Notes under the pieces: generated by a model
The model's input: only the letters and a program-made list of their open reading frames with translations
Databases searched by the model: none
What the model was told of the DNA's origin: nothing
From: a candidate division FCPU426 bacterium
Lineage (GTDB): Bacteria > Oederibacteriota > Muellerivitia > Muellerivitales > Muellerivitaceae
NCBI GenBank assembly: GCA_963771075.1
Contig: CAVYSE010000020.1
Location: 1-64,000 of the forward strand
DNA: 64,000 nucleotides
Direction: 5' to 3'
In this document: positions 14,574 through 27,109 of the stretch, in pieces
Numbering within the stretch: position 1 is the first letter of the stretch
How the letters are laid out: each line of letters starts with the position of its first letter
Program-made: the position numbers and the translations under genes

Positions 14574-17500
14574 ATGAAAAACCTCTTTGGGATACCAGCG
14601 TTGAAAATCTCCGCGTTTGCGGTCGCGGCTCTTGGGTTCATCCTGGGTCCAGGGTTGGGTTGGACCCAATCGAATTACCAGATCACTGACGCCAGCGACC
14701 TGGCCGCGGCCATCCCGGCCATCAACTCGGGCGCCGTTTCCTCCACCCTGACCTTCCAGGATTCCTTGATCAACCTTTCCACCCTGTCGGGCCCCCTGAG
14801 CGTGATCGGGTACGACGTCAACATCCAGGCCGCTCCGGCGGGCAACTATTTGAGCGTCTATAACGCCACTTTCGGGGCCACGGCCAGCCTCAACTCCACG
14901 GCCTTGGTGGCGGTCAGCGCCTCCAACCTGGTGAACTTATCCGGCGGCGGATATTTCGGGACGGACGGGTCGGGAAACGGCCTGGCGGGAAACGCGGACT
15001 CCCTGGGCGCGGGAAGCCTCGCCTTGTCCCCGGGAGCTTCGCTCAACCTGCAGGGTGGCAACGGCGATAGCGGAACGGGCACGGGCGTGGGCGGCGCCTC
15101 GGGGAGTTCCACCCTCTCGGTGGCCTCCATGCTTTCGATGGATTCCAGCTCGGTCGCGGTCGCGGGCGCGGGGGGCGGCTCGGGAAATGGGACCTTGGGT
15201 AACACGGAAGGTTCGGGCGGCGACGCCCTCGTGACCCTGGGGCCCCTCAGCGAAACCTCGGCCAGTTACCTGGGGAGTTCAACCGGAAATCTTTCCACCT
15301 TCACCCTCACGGGCGGCAATGGCGGCGGGGACAGCGCCCAGGGTAACGGGGGCAATGGGGGCGCGGCTTCCCTGAGCCTTTCCGGCCCGGCATCGGTGGA
15401 TACAAGCACCGTGATTCTTACGGGAGGCAATGGCGGGTCGGTCAACGGATCGGCTATTGACGCCAACCTAGGCAACGGTGGCCAGGGCGGCGCGGCGGGC
15501 CTGATCCTGTCCGGTGGATTGTCCCTTCGGTCCGGCAGTGCCATCGTGACGGGCGGTAAGGGGGAAGCACCCAAAGTGGCGCGAATATCGGGGGCGTTAT
15601 CGGCGGCGCGGGCGGCGCGGGCGGCGATGCCGTTGTTTCCATCGGATCGGATGTGTCCCTCAGCGCGGCGAGCGGGGCCTCCACCCTCGGGATCGCCGGA
15701 GGGAAGGGCGGCAACAACGTGAGTGAGGATTGGGGGGCCGGAGGCACGGGCGGCAGCGCTGTGCTATCGGTGGCGGGGATGGTTTCGGTGGATTCCAGCG
15801 CCATCCAGGTATCCGGCGGGTCGGCCGGCCAGGGAAACAACCAGACGGGATCGGCGGGAAGCCAGGGTGGGAACGCGACCGCGTCCCTGACCTCCTTGGT
15901 CATGACCTCCAACAGTTTCGCCGCTAATTCCGCTATCGGCACCCGGTCCAGTTTCTCGCTTGCCGGTGGGAATGGAGCGGTGGAATTCGGCGATGGCAAC
16001 GGGGGCAACGGGGGGCAGGCTCTCCTGACGCTTACCGGATCGGGCTCGGTGGATTCCAGCGACCTGGAAGTGGCGGGGGGCGGGGGCGGGTCTTACGACG
16101 GCTATGACAAATTGGGGGGCCCGGGGACCGGCGGCATTGCCGGTAACGGTGGGGATGGAACGGTTTCAGCAAGCTTGGGACTCACCCTGACCGCGGCGAA
16201 CCAATCCGCCACCTTGAGGGTGTCGGGCGGCGGGGGCGGAACCGGAAGCGAGGCGGGTAACGCGGTTCCGGGGGTGGGCGGTTCGGGGGGCACAGGGAGC
16301 CTGGAAGCCGGGCCGGTATCGATCGATTCCAGCACCCTCCAGGTCCTGGGCGGGGTGGGCGGCGCGGGGAACGGCCAAAGCGGCGTGACAGAAGGCATGG
16401 GCGGGGATTCGAACGCCATGGTCCAGGGGTCCCTGGTCCTGACCTCAAACCAGTATTTCACCCATTCCGGGGTCGGGGCTTCCTCCAATTTGATCCTGGG
16501 CGGGGGTTCCGGGGGAAGTGACCTGAACCTGGGCCAGGGGGGGACGGCGGTTCGGCGGCCCTGACGGTTTCGGGCGGTGTATCGTTGGATTCCAGCAACG
16601 TGACGGTCTCGGGCGGTTTGGGCGGCACGGCGGTAAATGGCAATGGCGGCAACGGCGGTGGGGCCTCGGTTTCCCTCGCGTCAGGCTTGTCCCTCACGGC
16701 GGGATATGGCGCCTCCAACCTCGATGTGCTCGGAGCCAATGGCGGAACGAACAACGGCACCGCCGCAGGCGTGGGCGGGTCGGGTGGCTCGGCGGAACTG
16801 TGGGTTTCGGGCCCAGTCTCGGCGGATTCCAGCTCGATCAACCTTTCCGGCGGTAATGGCGCTTATGGCGTGGGCTCAACCCAAGGCCCGGGGGGTGATG
16901 CATCCATGAACGTTGGATCATTGGTAGTCACTTCCAACCAATATTTCGGGGGCCTCGGCAGGGGAGTTCAATCGGGAATCACGGTCACTGGCGGCGAGGG
17001 CGGTTTTACAAATCAGGGCAACGCGGGCGCCGGGGGAGGCGAATTTCACCTCGTCCAGGGCGGTGTCGGTGGATTCGGGGCTCGTCCAAATCACCGGCGG
17101 GGCCGGAGGCAGCTCCACGAACGGAGCGGGGGGCCAAGGCGGCGGCAGCTCCATGACGGTTGGGACCGATTTGAATTTGACCGGGACCCACCAGGGTTCG
17201 GTCTTGACCCTATTGGGTGGGGCTGGAGGCAACGGGGCCGATGGCGGCGGTACGACCTTGACGGTCGGGGGCAACCTCTTATCGGATTCCAGCGTCGGAA
17301 TGATCACCGGTGGCGCGGGCGGCAATGCGGCCAGCGGGAACGGCGGCAATGGGGGCAACGCGGCGGTCCTCGCCGGTGGGAATTTAAACCTGACTTCAAC
17401 CATTAGCGATGACACTTTCACATTGGCGGGTGGGAAGGGGGGGCAGTCGAATGCCTCCGGCGTGGGGGGGATGGGCGGCAACGCGCTGCTGTCGGTGAAT

Positions 17501-20500
17501 GGCGCGGTCAATGTAAACGCCGGGTCGTTGGAAGTCGCGGGGGGCGCGGGTAATTCGGACTATGGTTCCGCTGGTTCCATGGACGGATCAGGCGGGAACG
17601 CGACCGCCCTACTGACCAATATGACCTTGACCTCGGATAATTATTTCGGTGGGCCCAACGTGGGTTCCCAAGCCAGTTTCACCCTCGCGGGGGGACAGGG
17701 CGGAAGTGACCTCAACCTGGGCAACGGGGGCGAAGGAGGCTCCTCGGCCTTGACGGTTTCGGGATGCGGTCTCGTTGGATTCGAGCGAATTGGCCCTTTC
17801 CGGCGGGGATGGCGGCGGCACCACTAACGGTACGGGCGGCACCGGTGGTAGCGCGACGGCCTCCTTTGGATCGATCTTGACCCTGACCGCCGCCCACGGC
17901 GATACCACTTTTACGGTGGCCGGTGGGGCGGGTGGCCAGTCGAATGGTTCCGGAACGGGCGGAACGGGCGGCGACGCGCTCTTGTCGGTCAATGGGGCTT
18001 TATCGATCGATTCCGCCAATGTGACCGTGGCAGGGGGGATTGGCAATGTCGGCGTTGGTTCCACCGGGTCCATGAACGGCGCGGGCGGAAACTCAGGTGC
18101 CGCTATGTCGGGCCTGTTTATGACCTCGAATAGTTATTTTGGGGGCCCGAGCGCTGGGTCCCAGGCCAGTTATGTCCTCGCGGGGGGAAACGGGGGGAGT
18201 GACACGGGCTTGGGCAACGGGGGCAAAGGGGGCTCGGCGGCCTTGACCCTCTTGGGCGGAGTTCAGGCGGATTCCAGCCTGGTTCAAATAACAGGAGGCA
18301 GCGGTGGAAGTTCCAGCGCAGGCGTGGCGGGCCAGGGTGGCGACAGTTCCTTGACCACCGGAACGGGTATCAGCCTGTCTGGAACCTACCAGAGTTCGGT
18401 TTTGGATATCGCGGGAGGGTCGGGCGGCAATGGGGCCGATGGCGGTTCGGCGGCCTTGACGGTCGGGACGGCGATCACGGCCCATTCCAGTTTCGTGACG
18501 GTTTCGGGAGGGTCGGGTGGCAATATCGCCAGCGGAAACGGGGGAAAAGGGGGCGACGCGACGGCGGTCCTCGGCACCTCTTTAGACATGGTCGCGGACA
18601 ACAGCGATACCGGGTTCTCGGTGCTCGGTGGGAAGGGCGGCCAGACCAACGGATCAGGGGTGGGCGGGGCGGGCGGTGAGGCGGTTTTGACGGTCGCTTC
18701 CTCGGTGTCGGCGGATACCAGCCAGGTGAACATCCTGGGCGGCAACGCCAACTCGGGTTACGGTTCGAGCGGCGTTACCGAAATGGCGGGCGGCGACGCG
18801 AACGCGTCCCTGGGTTCCATGAACCTGACCTCCAACCTTTATTACGGAAATCCCGGGGCCTATACCGGACCGGCCGCCCTAAACCTGACGGGTGGGAATG
18901 GCGGTTATGACAGCAACGCGGGCAACGGCGGCCAGGGCGGTTCGGCATCCCTGACCGTTTCCGGGGGGTTCTCCATTGATTCCAGCCAGGTCGGTTTAAG
19001 GGGAGGCGTGGGCGGTAACGTGTCCAGCGGAACCGGGGGGCAGGGGGGAAACGCGTGGGTTTCCATCGGCACTGACTTGACCCTGGGTTCAACCTACGGG
19101 AGTTCGGGCATGAACCTGTACGGAGGGGGCGGCGGGAGCAGTTCCTCCGGGGTCGGGGGGGCGGGCGGCGACGCGACACTCCTGGTTTCGGGCGCCTTCT
19201 CGGGAAGCAATATCAACGTATTGGCGGGTAACGGCTCCAACGGTGGCAACGGCGGCAACGCCATTTTTGACGCGAATTCCGCGGCCTTGAACGGTAGCGC
19301 CACCCTGACCCTCCAGGCGGGGAATGGGGGCTCCGCCGGCAATGCGGGGGTCACCCTTGGTTCCCTCGACCTGGTGGACGCGGGTACCTTCATGAGCGTG
19401 CAGGCGGGAACGGGCACGTCCAACGGCGCGGCGAACGTCCAAATCGGATCGCTCGCGGGAGCAGGGGGACTTTTCGTCAACAGCGCGGGCAACAGCAGTT
19501 TGCAGGTTTCCAGCGGCGATTTCACCGGCGTCATTTCCGGAAATACGGGGCTGGACAAGACCGGCGCCGGGGCCCTGACCCTGACGGCCGACAACACCTA
19601 TTCGCAGGCCACTACCCTGGATGGGGGCGTCCTTCAATTCGGGGCTGACGCCAACCTGGGCGCCAGCGGCCAGCTGGTTTTCAACGGGGGAACCCTGCAG
19701 GCGGGCAACGATCTCATCACCAACGAGACGGCGACGCTGGCATCTACGGCGGGAACCATTGACCTGAACGGCAACGCCGTGACTTGGAACGGAGTGATCG
19801 GCGGGCCGGGGTCCCTCAACGTGATCTCCTCGGCGGCGGGTTCGGGCCTCCTGACCCTTTCCAACACGAATACCTATGCGGGGGCCACATCCATCGTGAA
19901 TACCGCGGTGGGTGTTTTTGGGGATTCCAACCTGGGGACGGGCGGGATTGTGCTTAATGGCGGCACCCTGGCGGCTTTGGACAACCTGACCCTTTCCCAT
20001 TCCATCACCCTTCTCGCGAACGGCGGGACCGTGGAGGATGACGCGAATAACATTACTTTGAGCGGAATCATCAGCGGTTCCGGCGGATTGAACCTTGAGG
20101 GCACCCCTTTTCACGGGGTTCAAGTTCTTAGCTTGACCGGGGCCAACACCTATTCGGGCGGGACAACCATCGGAGCCTTGTATTTACAGATCCAAAGTGG
20201 AGCCGACTTGGGGACGGGGACCGTTGTGTTCAATGGAGGGATATTACAGGCGGGCGCCAGTTTCGCCGCCAATCAAGACATCGCACTTAATAACGGGTCG
20301 CGTGAGATTGATCTCAACGGCAACTCGGTCACCTGGAACGGCGTTATTAGCGGGAATGGGGAATTGGAGGTAGGGGATTCCTCTGGAAGTGGAAATGGGG
20401 TTTTGCGGCTGACCAATTCCAATACCTATACGAATGGGACTTTAGTGAATGGGGCTAATCTTTGGGTTTCCAGCGACGCCAACCTGGGCGCGGCCTCTGG

Positions 20501-22649
20501 CACCCTCAACCTGAGCGACGGCCAACTTTCGGCCTCCGACAACATCAATTTCAACGCCTCGAGAAACTTGGACCTGACCGGAAGCGGCGGCTTGTTGGAT
20601 ACCGAAGGCAACCAGATTACCTGGAACGGTGTCATTAGCGGCTCGGGAAACTTTGAGATCGGGGATGGCAGCCATTCCAGCACGGGGGCGGTGACCCTGA
20701 CCAATGCCAATACCTATACCGGTTCCACCGTGGTCGATTTGGGCACCAGTCTGGTCCTCTCCGGCAATGGGACCTTGGGCGAGGGTATGCTGGGAGCTAA
20801 TGGAACCGTCGATTTCAGCCTGACTAACGCCTCGGCCGTGGCGGGCACGCCCGTAACGGTTTCCTCCATCATCGGGAACGGCAACCTCTACCTGGGCCGG
20901 ATCGACCTGGTGACGGGGACCGATAACGCCAACGTGGAATTCGACGGGGTTATTTCCGACGGCGGGGCCGCAGGCGCGGGCGTCACAGGCGCCTCGCTGA
21001 CCAAGGTGGGTTCCGGGGCCTTGACCCTGACGGGCGAAAACACCTATAGCGGCGGCACGGTCCTTCAAAGCGGAACTCTCGTGGCGGGAAATAGCCAAGT
21101 GTTCGGCACTGGCGATGTGGCCCTCAACGGGGGTACCCTTCAGATCAGCGGGCCCCGGTCCCTGAACGTGGGGGGCAATTACACCCAATCGGCCGGGGCG
21201 ACCCTGGCCCTGGGCTTAGGCCCCATCGCGACTTCTTGGGACACCCTGGTGGTCGGGGGCACCGCCCACCTGGGCGGAACCCTGGAAGTGGTTTCCTACG
21301 GGGGGTTCGCCATTCACGACAACGAGACCTTCACCATCGTGGAGGCGGCCGGCGTGACCGGAACCTTCGGGAGCGTACAGGATTCCGTGCCCGGAGACGC
21401 GGTGTCGGTGGCCTACAACCCCACCGACGTGATCCTTTGCACACTGGCCAACGCGCCTTCATTCCATTCGTTGGGCACGACTTCCAACCAAAAACAGGTC
21501 GGCTCGGCCTTGGATAACCTGGCCACGGGTTCGGGTTCATCCGCCCTGATCACCTTCCTGAACAGCCAGTCCAATTCCGCCCTCCCGGGCGAAATGGAAA
21601 AATTGAGCCCGGCGGGATTAACTCCCCTTTTCCAGATGGGATACGCCTCGGCGGAAGTGCGGGGGCAGGCCATCAACGCGAGGCTGGAGGACCTCTTGGG
21701 TCTCACCAGCGTCTACGGCAACGGCCTGGCGAGGATGGGCGGAAGCCCGATGTTCGCCTCGACCCTGCCGGCGCGGGAGGAAGCGGGGATCGCCCGGCAT
21801 GTTTCCGAGGACAACCGCCTGGGCGGGTTCCTGACCGGGCTGGGCGATTTCGGCACCGTCTCGGGCGATGGCAACGCTCCCGGTTACAGCTTTTCCACGG
21901 GAGGAGTGCAGGCGGGCATCGACTATTGGTTCGACCGCTCCCTGGTGGCCGGTCTTCTCTTCGGCTATGACCAGTCGGGAACCGGCACGGGAAGCACCGC
22001 CAGCGTCAGCGGCAGCGGGGAAATGGGAGGCCTCTACGCCGGATGGAAGGCGGATGAGCTTCGGATTTTGGCCCAGGTGACCGGCGGGCTGGACAACTAC
22101 AGTACCCAGCGCGAGACGCTGGGCATGGGCGGGGTCAACGCCGTCGCCACGGGTTCGCCCCAGGGGGAACAACTGGGCGGGGAACTGAAGGTGGCCTTGG
22201 ACCTGACCGACGCCGGCCTGATCCTCTCTCCCTTCGCCTCGGGCCAGTATGGCTACGTGCAGGTGAACGCCTTCCAGGAAGCGGGAGGCGGGGTGCTGGC
22301 GCCCGAGTCCTTCCCGAACCAGGGGCAATCCTCCCTGTCGAGCCAATTGGGCCTCAAGATGGGGACGAGCTGGTACCTGGGAGACTTCAGCCTGGCGCCC
22401 TCCATCAGCGCCGCCTGGGAACATTTCTTCCAGGGCGACCTGGACCAGATAACGGCTAATTTCGGGACCTCGGGTTCATCCTTCATGGTGAGCGGACCCG
22501 CCACCGGGGCCGACGACGCCCTCTTGGGCGCCGGCTTGGAAGCACAGTTCTCCCGGCAAGTCACCTTTTTCGCCCAGTTCCAGGGCAGGGTGGGCATGAC
22601 GAACGTGGATTCGAAGAATATTTCGGGCGGGGTGAACCTGGCTTTTTAA
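14574..22649 (+). CDS. Giant autotransporter AT3 (~2690 aa joined; about four frameshifts)
   Basis: ORF pieces 14487, 15653, 16585, 17063 and 17775..22649. Signal MKNLFGIPALKISAFAVAALGFILG; Gly-rich repeats; several LTLxxxNTYxGxT repeats; barrel ending GGVNLAF, very similar to AT2. Confidence 0.88.
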
Positions 22650-22715
22650 GCGCCAGGTTGGGATGGGATCTTCTTGAGATCGGAAACAGTTGGAATATAC
22701 ACGGGATAGGCGGTC

Positions 22716-23399
22716 ATGAAGGGAAAACGGAAAAAAAAGCCGAAGGGTAAAGGAATCAACTGGAAGAGGGGATGGCCCCTTCTTTTGGCTTTTGGGGCGG
22801 GCCTTTTGGCTGGCGGCGGCCTGATCGCCCTCTTGGAACACGCCTGGGCCCCTCCCCCCCTACCCTCCGAAACCGAGAAGATCGAGTCCACGGACGTCAA
22901 ACAATTGTTAAGCCAGGCGGTTGAGGCTTTTCACCTCAAAAATGACCCCCGCAAGACCTTGCGGCTGTTCCAAAAGATATTGACGATCGACCCGAACAAT
23001 TATGACGCGAACCTCTATTGCGGCACCCTCTACGCCCAACAGATCGATCCGCCCGATTTCGGCGCGGCCATTTACCACACGAACCGGGCGTTGAAAGTCA
23101 AAAAGGACTACATCATCCTCATGGCTTATGGCGGCCTGTTGTGGCAAGACCAGGACTGGGCCGAGGCGGAAACGGTTTTCAGGGATTGCGTGAATGAAAA
23201 ACCGGGGGATTATTACGCATGGTGGTCCCTGGCCTTCATGCTGGAACAAGAGGGAAAATACGCCGAGGCCTTGGCGGATTACACCCAGTCCGAAACGCTG
23301 ACGAAGGATGCCGCGGTAGTGGCCCGGATCGAAGCCCAGCGGATGTCCTTGATGAAAAAGATGGGGGCTGTCAAAAAGCTGAAGGGGGAGCGGGGTTGA
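22716..23399 (+). CDS. Membrane-anchored TPR protein
   Basis: Basic N-terminus and one TM helix, then TPR-like motifs (AWWSLAFMLEQEGKYAEALADY). Confidence 0.75.
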   Translation: MKGKRKKKPKGKGINWKRGWPLLLAFGAGLLAGGGLIALLEHAWAPPPLPSETEKIESTDVKQLLSQAVEAFHLKNDPRKTLRLFQKILTIDPNNYDANLYCGTLYAQQIDPPDFGAAIYHTNRALKVKKDYIILMAYGGLLWQDQDWAEAETVFRDCVNEKPGDYYAWWSLAFMLEQEGKYAEALADYTQSETLTKDAAVVARIEAQRMSLMKKMGAVKKLKGERG

Positions 23400-23465
23400 A
23401 AGATGGTTTCCTGCAGTTGGGTAACCCGCAGTGGGGCGGGTCTGCGGGGAGCGACGACCGGAGGA

Positions 23466-24656
23466 TTATTTCAATTCGGGGTGTTCGGTGGTCAGCCTTT
23501 GCAGGTTGGAGATGGCCTTTTCGTTGTTGGGGTCTAATTTCAGGGTTTCCACCCAGTTTTTCTTCGCCCCGGCCCAATCATTGGTACGGTAACAATTGAA
23601 ACCCAGGTTATAAAATTGATCGGCTTGGGCAACGTTGTCGTTGCCGGACGCGGGTGTTTGGATATTATCCAGTTGTTTTTTCCAATCGGATAATTGGGGG
23701 TTATCGGGGTCCAGGGTTTTGAGACGGTCAAACGCGGTTTTTGCCTTGGATGCGTTTTTGGCCTTCAGGGCGGATTCAAACTTTTCCAAGGCGAGTTTCC
23801 GGTTGATTTTATCTAGGGAAGAAGTCCAATCCGTTTGATCCGGTTTTAAAACCAGGGCTTTCTTATAAAGGCTCTGGGCTTTGGCCAAGTCCCCCGAACG
23901 CTCAGCCTTTTTTGCCCGTGCGGCTAAATCGTTCGCGGAATCCCCGTTTTGTGATCCCTCTTCTTGACCATTGGAGGGTGTGGCCGCCGTACTTGCCTGG
24001 GATTTCGCTGTTTTATTTTCACCGCCGGCCTGGACCAATTGCCGGAAAGCTTGAACTTGGGGTTGGGCGGGATCCAAATCGACGGCTTTATTCAAGTAAT
24101 TTAACGCGGATGCGCGATCGCCATTTGTATAGGCTTGAACCGCTTGGTTGTATAGGCTTTTGACCACACCATTAAAGGAATGGTCGGGGTTTTCCTGGAA
24201 GTCGGGAATGAAAGAATCGGATATTCCATTCGATTCCTTTTTTTCCATTTGGGGAAGAAGGTTCACGACCACCGGTACCTGGTCCTGGTCGACCTTGACC
24301 AGGAGGGTCAAGCGATACCCGTTCTTGAACCCCCTATTTATTTCGGCCGTGAAGCTTTTTTGGTTGGTCAATCCGCCCTTTTGGACAACCTCGTTGGTAG
24401 TGGCATTTCTCAGGATCCAACCGCATAAAGCCGCATCACTTGAGACCATTAGATTAAATCCGTCTTGGTGGTCACGGACCGTCGTGTCCAGGTGTGCCCA
24501 AACCGCGTCCTGGTGGAACTTGTAGGTCGTGGACATGTTTTGAATGGCGAGAGGCGACGCGGAGGGCGTGGGGTTGGGGGAGGCATCGTCGCATTGGCAC
24601 GGCAAGGGGTTAAATGAAAATAGAAGGGCGCAAAGGTAAAGGAGCCGGAGGGTCAA
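23466..24656 (-). CDS. Exported TPR protein
   Basis: Signal-like N-terminus; TPR motifs (LYNQAVQAYTNGDRASALNYLNKAVDLDP; FYNLGFNCYRTNDWAGAKKNWVETLKLDP). Overlaps the upstream gene by 4 nt. Confidence 0.75.
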   Translation of the reverse strand: MTLRLLYLCALLFSFNPLPCQCDDASPNPTPSASPLAIQNMSTTYKFHQDAVWAHLDTTVRDHQDGFNLMVSSDAALCGWILRNATTNEVVQKGGLTNQKSFTAEINRGFKNGYRLTLLVKVDQDQVPVVVNLLPQMEKKESNGISDSFIPDFQENPDHSFNGVVKSLYNQAVQAYTNGDRASALNYLNKAVDLDPAQPQVQAFRQLVQAGGENKTAKSQASTAATPSNGQEEGSQNGDSANDLAARAKKAERSGDLAKAQSLYKKALVLKPDQTDWTSSLDKINRKLALEKFESALKAKNASKAKTAFDRLKTLDPDNPQLSDWKKQLDNIQTPASGNDNVAQADQFYNLGFNCYRTNDWAGAKKNWVETLKLDPNNEKAISNLQRLTTEHPELK

Positions 24657-25861
24657 AACTCCACCCCGGTGCGAATCAGGAAAGCGACTTGGTTATAGGA
24701 CGCTGAGCGCAACCCGGTCCCTGGACCGTTAGTTTCATTCCCGGGCCCAAAGGAACCATTGAAGGGAAGGGCGAGGGCGGAGGGCGCGAGCCTGTCTAAA
24801 GTAAAGTCGTTTTGGTTGTTGGTGGCGTGGATTTCCAGGAATAGCACTTTGAGCCGCATTCGAAGTTTGGCGTATACGGAAACTTGCGGCTTTTGGGCAA
24901 GGGAGGGAATGAAGTTATTGCCGCCCGTAAAGGCATCGTCGAGGGAGTTGCCCATGGGGATTTGCGCTTCCAGGACGAATTGATCAATGGACAAGGCTCC
25001 CCAGGTCCCGAGTTGTTCTTCTTGTAAACCTAACGCGAGGGCGCTGGTATCACTGAAGTGGGAAGTGTTTTGAACCCCGTATTCGGCGGTCAAGTCCGTG
25101 TTTTGATGCATATCGAGGTCGGCCGAAAGGGAGGCGGAAGGGCCTCCGTTGAATGAGGAATAATCGAAGAAATCGGTGGCGGTACCGCCCACATTCGCTT
25201 TTAAGGTCAAGTCCAAGTCGTTGGAATCGATCCGGCACCGAAGCTGGCCCAGGCTATAGGCCTGGGTGGTATCTTCCTGCACCTGTTGGGCAGAGAAAAG
25301 GCTTGGGGTATAGAAGAAGCTTAGCGCCAAGGGCGACGAACCCTGGCCCTGGGTGTTTTTTGAATCTCCAAAGCCGAAAAATAGCGAGATCGGTATCGTC
25401 GCCCAAACCCCGTCCACGCGGTGGATGCCCATGATGGGATAGGCTCCAAAAAAAGCGTTGTTGGTCAAGGTTTGAAAGAGGTCAAAACGGCCCACCGAAA
25501 CCTGGAACGAGGGGTCCAGGTAAGAGATTTTCGCCAATCGAAGGTCGACTTCGGAGGCTGAATCGGAAGTTGAAAGGCTTTTCCTAAAGCGGATCAAGCC
25601 ATCTGCTGATACGGAATTCTCGTCCAATGAACGCTTGGCGGAAAGGTCGAACATGGAAAAGGCTTGGCCTTGCAGATCGGCGTCCTGCTGGAAATCCGCT
25701 TGGAGAAGAAATTTGATTTCGCGGGAGCTTTCACTGACTGGGGGCGGGGCCACCCATTTATTTTCTTGTCCCGTTTCTAAAAACGAATTTTGGGAAAACG
25801 TTTCTTCGGCCAGCAGGAGAGTTGGAAGACAGAATAATATAAAGAAAGTTCTGATTTTCAT
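24653..25861 (-). CDS. Putative outer-membrane beta-barrel protein of unknown family
   Basis: Signal peptide, amphipathic strands (SFQVSVGRF), C-terminal FLIRTGVEF with terminal Phe. Confidence 0.65.
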   Translation of the reverse strand: MKIRTFFILFCLPTLLLAEETFSQNSFLETGQENKWVAPPPVSESSREIKFLLQADFQQDADLQGQAFSMFDLSAKRSLDENSVSADGLIRFRKSLSTSDSASEVDLRLAKISYLDPSFQVSVGRFDLFQTLTNNAFFGAYPIMGIHRVDGVWATIPISLFFGFGDSKNTQGQGSSPLALSFFYTPSLFSAQQVQEDTTQAYSLGQLRCRIDSNDLDLTLKANVGGTATDFFDYSSFNGGPSASLSADLDMHQNTDLTAEYGVQNTSHFSDTSALALGLQEEQLGTWGALSIDQFVLEAQIPMGNSLDDAFTGGNNFIPSLAQKPQVSVYAKLRMRLKVLFLEIHATNNQNDFTLDRLAPSALALPFNGSFGPGNETNGPGTGLRSASYNQVAFLIRTGVEF

Positions 25862-25977
25862 TTGACACCTGATATGACTAAAAAATGTTGCTATTTTTTT
25901 GTTTAAAAAAATGCTGTTTTATTGTACATTTTTTAAAGTTGTTGGAAACAAAATTTTTACAATATTTGGGGCGGGAT

Positions 25978-27096
25978 ATGAAGAAGTGGCGGGTGGTTGA
26001 AACTACGGCGTTCCTAATTGCCGTTTTGGCTTTGCTTTGGGGAGGGCAAGGCGGCTGCAAGAAAAGCAATTCACCTTTTGGCGTCAACGCGCCCCAGGGG
26101 TTGGATGTGCCTACGCCTACTCCGACACCTATTTCGGGCGCCATAGAAGTTTTTGTTCAGGATAATTTTGTTGCCATGCAGGGTGTCACCGTATTTATCA
26201 TCAACCCTTCGGGTGTAACCTTTGGCCCGTCTTTAACCCAACCTACTGTTGGGATGGCCCCTATTAATCCTCCTAATGTTCAGCCCGGCGTTTGGACTGC
26301 TTTTTTACCAACCCAGGGGGTTAGTTTTATGGTTGGTTTAAATAATAACCTGGAACCATATCAGCGTTATTATTACAACTCTACTCAGACATTTAATGTT
26401 TCGCCTTCTGGTCAAGGATCGGTTTCTTTTCTTTCAACAGGGAATAACAGTGTTTCTTTGTCACCGGTTTCTCAGATTTATCCTTATGCCTATCCTTACG
26501 ACATACCTTTAACAGCGACTTATATTAATAATGGAAATATTAATGTTCCCGTTTCAGTGAGTTGCGCTGGTTTGCCGGTAGGAATGAATAGTTCGCCAAC
26601 TAGTTTTATTTTAGGTGAAGGAGTAACAGTTCAACCGATTAATATTGTTAAAACTGCTTGTTATTCTTCTGATTTGCCCTTCTCTGTTAATGTTGTTGAT
26701 TTTATGAACAGGTCGGTTTCTTCTTCTGCTACGACTCTATATCACGATTATTCTGTTCCTGTTTCCATTTACTACTACTACAACCCAGGCGGCGGCTGTT
26801 CATCTTATGACCCCTGTACCGGTGCTGGCGCCTGTTATTGTTATAACTTTGGGATTCAACCCTCGAATGATTGTGGGGTTACGTGGACTTATTCGATGGA
26901 TACAGGTTGTGGTAATTCCGGTAAAGGGACAATAACCTCAGGATCAAGCGGGGAAGTATCCTATTGTCTTAAATCTGGGTGGTTTGTCTGTTTCACCATT
27001 ACCGAACCCTTTTCCTCAACTTCTTTTCAAGCGTGTGGAACTCTCAATAGTACGGGGTCAATCACTAATTTGATGGTCACTAATTACACGAATTAG
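25978..27096 (+). CDS. Putative lipoprotein with Cys-rich C-terminal domain
   Basis: Signal ending QGG-C, PT linker, beta-rich domains, about 10 Cys in the last ~100 aa; AT-rich codon use. Confidence 0.65.
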   Translation: MKKWRVVETTAFLIAVLALLWGGQGGCKKSNSPFGVNAPQGLDVPTPTPTPISGAIEVFVQDNFVAMQGVTVFIINPSGVTFGPSLTQPTVGMAPINPPNVQPGVWTAFLPTQGVSFMVGLNNNLEPYQRYYYNSTQTFNVSPSGQGSVSFLSTGNNSVSLSPVSQIYPYAYPYDIPLTATYINNGNINVPVSVSCAGLPVGMNSSPTSFILGEGVTVQPINIVKTACYSSDLPFSVNVVDFMNRSVSSSATTLYHDYSVPVSIYYYYNPGGGCSSYDPCTGAGACYCYNFGIQPSNDCGVTWTYSMDTGCGNSGKGTITSGSSGEVSYCLKSGWFVCFTITEPFSSTSFQACGTLNSTGSITNLMVTNYTN

Positions 27097-27109
27097 AAAG
27101 GAAACTTTT

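Noticed and set aside
1171..22649. Mycobacterial PE_PGRS or RTX proteins
   Set aside because: No PE domain or regular GGxGxDxL nonapeptides; Sec signals and autotransporter barrels are present.
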